This document shows positions 59,201 to 64,000 of a stretch of DNA of 64,000 nt, one piece after another. Each line of letters opens with the position of its first letter. The first letter of the stretch is position 1. The translations under genes were made by a program, and so were the position numbers. The notes beneath the pieces are model-generated. The model was not told where the DNA came from, ran no database searches, and saw nothing but the letters and a program-made list of their open reading frames with translations. This stretch comes from Eledone cirrhosa (lineage: Eukaryota). The stretch covers positions 28,396,001 through 28,460,000 of the forward strand of contig OZ024741.1 in assembly GCA_964016885.1 (NCBI GenBank), written 5' to 3'.

Positions 59201-62200
59201 ACTACAGTGTAGGTTATTGGTAGATAACTGGTATATATAGGGATATAACTACATATAGATACTGTCAGTGTTACTACAGTGTAGGTTATTGGTATATAAC
59301 TGGTATATATAGGGATATAACTACATATACAAATAATGTCAGTCTTACTACAGTGTAGGTTATTGGTAGATAACTAGTATATATAGGGATATAACTACAC
59401 ATTCGATACTGTCAGTGTTACTACAGTGTAACATATTGGTATAGAACTGGTATATATAGGGATATAACTACATATAGATACTGTCAGTGGTACTACAGTG
59501 TAGGTTATTGGTAGATAACTGGTATATATAGGGATATAACTACACATAGATACTGTCAGTGGTACTACAATGTAAGTTATTGGTAGATAACTGGTATATA
59601 TAGGGATATAACTACGTATAGATACTGTCAGTGGTACTACAGTATAGGTTATTGGTATATAACTGGTATATATAGAGATATAACTACATATACAGATACT
59701 GCCAGTCTTACTACAGTGTAGGTTATTGGTAGATAACTGGTATATATAGGGATGTATCTACATATAGATACTGTCAGTGGTACTACCGTGTAGGTTATTG
59801 GTAGATAACTGGTATATATAGGGATATAACTACACATAGATATTGTCAGTCTTACTAGAGTGTAGGTTATTGTTAGATCACTGGTATATATAGGGATATA
59901 ACTACACATAGATACTGTCAGTGGTACTACAGTGTAGGTTATTGGTAGATAACTGGTTATATAGGGATATAACTATACATAGATACTGACAGTGGTACTA
60001 CAGTGTAGGTTATTGGTATATAACTGGTATATATAGGGATATAACTACATATAGATAGTGTCAGTGGTACTAGAGTGTAGGTTATTTGTATATAACTGGT
60101 ATATATAGGGATATAACTATACATAGATACTGTCAGTGGTACTACAGTATAGGTTATTGGTAGATAACTGGTATATATAGGGATATAACTACATATAGAT
60201 ACTGTCAGTGGTACTACAGTCTAGGTTATTGGTAGATAACTGGTATATATAGGGATATAACTACATACAGATACTGTCAGTGGTACTACAGAGTAGGTTA
60301 TTAGTATATAACTGGTATATATAGGGATATAACTACACATAGATACTGACAGTTGTACTACAGTGTATGTTATTGGTAGATAACTGGTATATATAGGGAT
60401 ATAACTACATATAGATACTGTCAGTGGTACTACAGTCTAGGTTATTGGTAGATAACTGGTATATATATGGATATAACTACATATAGATACTGTCAGTGGT
60501 ACTACCGTGTAGGTTATTGGTAGATAACTGGTATATATATGGATATAACTACATATAGATACTGTCAGTGGTACTACAGTCTAGGTTATTGGTAGATAAC
60601 TGGTATATAAAGGGATATAACTACACATAGATACAGTCAGTGGTACTACAGTGTAGGTTATTGGTATATAACTGGTATATATAGGATTATAACTACATAT
60701 AGATACTGTCAGTAGTACTATAGTGTAGGTTATTGGTATATAACTGGTATATATAGGGATATAACTACATATAGATACTGACAGTGGTACTACAGTGTAG
60801 GTTATTGGTAGATAACTGGTATATATCTGGATATAACTACATATAGATACTGTCAGTGGTACTACAGTGTAGGTTATTGGTAGATAACTGGTATATATAG
60901 GGATATAACTACATATAGATACTGTCAGTGTTACTACAGTGTAGGTTATTGGTATATAACTGGTATATATAGGGATATAACTACATATACAGATAATGTC
61001 AGTCTTACTACAGTGTAGGTTATTGGTAGATAACTGGTATATATAGGGATATAACTACACATAGATAATGTCAGTGTTACTACAGTGTAACTTATTGGTA
61101 TAGAACTGGTATATATAGGGATATAACTACATATAGATACTGTCAGTGGTATTACAGTGTAGGTTATTGGCAGATAACTGGTATATATAGGGATATAACT
61201 ACATATAGATACTGACAGTGGTACTACAGTGTAGGTTATTGGTAGATAACTGGTATATATCTGGATATAACTACATATAGATACTGTCAGTGGTACTACA
61301 GTGTAGGTTATTGGTAGATAACTGGTATATATAGGGATATAACTACATATAGATACTGTCAGTGTTACTACAGTGTAGGTTATTGGTATATAACTGGTAT
61401 ATATAGGGATATAACTACATATACAGATAATGTCAGTCTTACTACAGTGTAGGTTATTGGTAGATAACTGGTATATATAGGGATATAACTACACATAGAT
61501 ACTGTCAGTGTTACTACAGTGTAACTTATTGGTATAGAACTGGTATATATAGGGATATAACTACATATAGATACTGTCAGTGGTATTACAGTGTAGGTTA
61601 TTGGCAGATAACTGGTATATATAGGGATATAACTACACATAGATACTGTCAGTGGTACTACAATGTAAGTTATTGGTAGATAACTGGTATATATAGGGAT
61701 ATAACTACATATAGATACTATCAGTGTTACTACAGTGTAGGTTATTGGTATATAACTGGTATATATAGGGATATAACTACGTACAGATACTGTCAGCGGT
61801 ACTACAGTGTAGGTTATTGGTATATAACTGGTATATATAGAGATATAACTACATATACAGATACTGCCAGTCTTACTACAGTGTAGGTTATTGGTAGATA
61901 ACTGGTATATATAGGGATATAAGTACATATAGATACTGTCAGTGGTACTACCGTGTAGGTTATTGGTAGATAACTGGTATATATAGGGATATAACTACAC
62001 ATAGATACCGTCAGTCTTACTAGAGTGTAGGTTATTGTTAGATCACTGGTATTTATAGGGATATAACTACACATAGATACTGTCAGTGTTACTACAGTGT
62101 AGGTTATTGGCAGATAACTGGTATATATAGGGATATAACTATACATAGATACTGACAGTGGTACTACAGTGTAGGTTATTGGTATATAACTGGTATATAT

Positions 62201-64000
62201 AGGGATATAACTACATATAGATACTGTCAGTGGTACTAGAGTGTAGGTTATTGGTATATAACTGGTATATATAGGGATATAACTATACATAGATACTGTC
62301 AGTGGTACTACAGTGTAAGTTATTGGTAGATAACTGGTATATATAGGGATATAACTACACATAGATACTAACAGTGGTACTACAGCGTAGGCTATTGGTA
62401 TATAACTGGTATATATAGGGATATAACTACATATAGATACTGTCAGTGGTACTATAGTGTAGGTTATTGGTATATAACTGGTATATATAGGGATATAACT
62501 ACACATAGATACTGTCAGTGGTACTACAGTGTAGGTTATTGGTAGATTACTGATATATATATATGGATATAACTACATATAGATACTGTCAGTGGTACTA
62601 CAGTCTAGGTCATTGGTAGATAACTGGTATATATAGGGATATAACTACATATAGATACTGTCAGTGGTACTACAGTGTAGGTTATTGGTAGATAACTGGT
62701 ATATATAGGGATATAACTACATATAGATACTGACAGTTGTACTACAGTGTATGTTATTGGTAGATAACTGGTATATATAGGGATATAACTACATATAGAT
62801 ACTGTCAGTGGTACTACAGTCTAGGTTATTAGTAGATAACTGGTATATATAGGGATATAACTACATAGAGATACTGTCAGTGGTACTACAGTGTAGGTTA
62901 TTGGTATATAACTGGAATATATAGGGATTTAACTACACATAGATACTGTCAGTGGTACTACAGTGTAGGATATTGGTATATAACTGGTATTTATAGGATT
63001 ATAACTACATACAGATACTGTCAGTGGTACTATAGTGTAGGTTATTGGTATATAACTGGTATATATAGGGATATAACTACACATAGATACTGTCAGTGGT
63101 ACTACAGTGTAGGTTATTGGTAGATAACTGGTATATATAGGGATATAACTACACATAGATACTGACAGTAGTACTACTGTGTAGGTTATTGGTAGATAAC
63201 AGGTATATATCTGGATATAACTACATATAGATACTCTCAGTGGTACTACAGTGTAGGTTATTGGTAGATAACTGGTATATATAGGGATATAACTACATAT
63301 AGATACTGTCAGTGGTACTACCGTGTAGGTTTTTGGTAGATAACTGGTATATATAGGGATATAACTACACATAGATACCGTCAGTCTTACTAGAGTGTAG
63401 GTTATTGTTAGATCACTGGTATATATAGGGATATAACTACACATAGATACTGTCAGTGTTACTACAGTGTAGGTTATTGGTAGATAACTGGTATATATAG
63501 GGATATAACTATACATAGATACTGACAGTGGTACTACAGTGTAGGTTATTGGTATATAACTGGTATATATAGGGATATAACTACATATAGATACTGTCAG
63601 TGGTACTAGAGTGTAGGTTATTGGTATATAACTGGTATATATAGGGATATAACTATACATAGATACTGTCAGTGGTACTACAGTATAGGTTATTGTTAGA
63701 TAACTGGTATATATAGGGATATAACTACATATAGATACTGTCAGTGGTACTACAGTGTAGGTTATTGGTAGATAACTGGTATATATAGGGATATAACTAC
63801 ACGTAGATACTGTCAGTCTTACTAGAGTGTAGGTTATTGGTACATAACTAGTATATATAGGGATATAACTACACATAGATACTGTCAGTGGTACTACAGT
63901 GTAAGTTATTGGTAGATAACTGGTATATATAGGGATATAACTACACATAGATACTAACAGTGGTACTACAGTGTAGGCTATTGGTATATAACTGGTATAT
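51619..64000. repeat. Near-perfect 6,353-bp (~88-monomer) tandem duplication (51619-57971, then 57972 to window end)
   Basis: CACT variant at 51684/58037 and AGATCT at 52833/59186. ORF ends 52284/58637, 53296/59649, 55027/61380, 55461/61814 and 56576/62929 are all offset by 6353. Confidence 0.93.

Larger units (their letters stand above)
1..64000. repeat. Tandem satellite array, 72-bp monomer, ~890 head-to-tail copies, running off both window ends
   Basis: The monomer at 1-72 recurs continuously (73, 145, 217, ...) in one orientation to the end. Monomers mostly differ from consensus by a few substitutions. Rare 70, 71, 73 and 74-bp length variants occur. The ORF track shows the same 24-aa period throughout. 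Confidence 0.99.

Noticed and set aside
745-63948. Numerous minus-strand ORFs (up to 913 aa) of repeated VS(M/I)CSYIPIYTSY(I/L)PITYTVVPLT
   Set aside because: The 72-bp unit has one stop-free frame, so long ORFs are automatic. ATGs are just the C allele at position 63. ORF ends are frameshifts or stop variants that were themselves amplified. Common variants are non-synonymous and there are no unique terminal domains.
1-64000. CRISPR array or repeat-spacer/cassette system
   Set aside because: The entire 72 bp is conserved between units. There are no unique spacers, leader, or cas, recombinase or reverse transcriptase genes.
1-64000. Giant repeat protein under an alternative genetic code (TAG/TAA readthrough)
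   Set aside because: Several frames would open under such codes, but recurrent 1-2-bp indels still shift the frame every few hundred bp to few kb. There is no independent evidence of recoding.
1-64000. RIP-like or deaminase hypermutation (CA>TA variants)
   Set aside because: CpA and TpG remain abundant, and transversions are common among variants.
1-64000. Telomeric repeat or pure assembly/sequencing artefact
   Set aside because: There is no short canonical telomere unit. Hierarchically shared variants indicate a real evolutionary history, although individual block copy numbers still need read validation.

Overview
The whole 64-kb window is one uninterrupted, head-to-tail, single-orientation tandem array of a 72-bp AT-rich monomer (~33% GC, ~890 copies). 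The consensus is GTCAGTGGTACTACAGTGTAGGTTATTGGTAKATAACTGGTATATATAGGGATATAACTACAYATAGATACT. I see no unique sequence, genes, RNA genes, transposon insertions or CRISPR spacers. The long minus-strand ORFs arise because 72 is divisible by 3 and one frame of the consensus has no stop, so they are most likely not genes. The informative structure lies in the monomer variants. The left domain (1 to ~44 kb) is a mosaic of a few recurring multi-monomer modules. A transition zone (~44-47.6 kb) is mostly single-copy and looks ancestral. The right domain (~47.6-64 kb) has its own markers and near-perfect 4.3-kb and 6.35-kb higher-order duplications. The array looks like eukaryotic satellite or heterochromatic DNA, but I cannot name the family or organism. 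I found no convincing novel gene system. All offsets were counted by hand from marker positions and ORF coordinates, and block boundaries are approximate.
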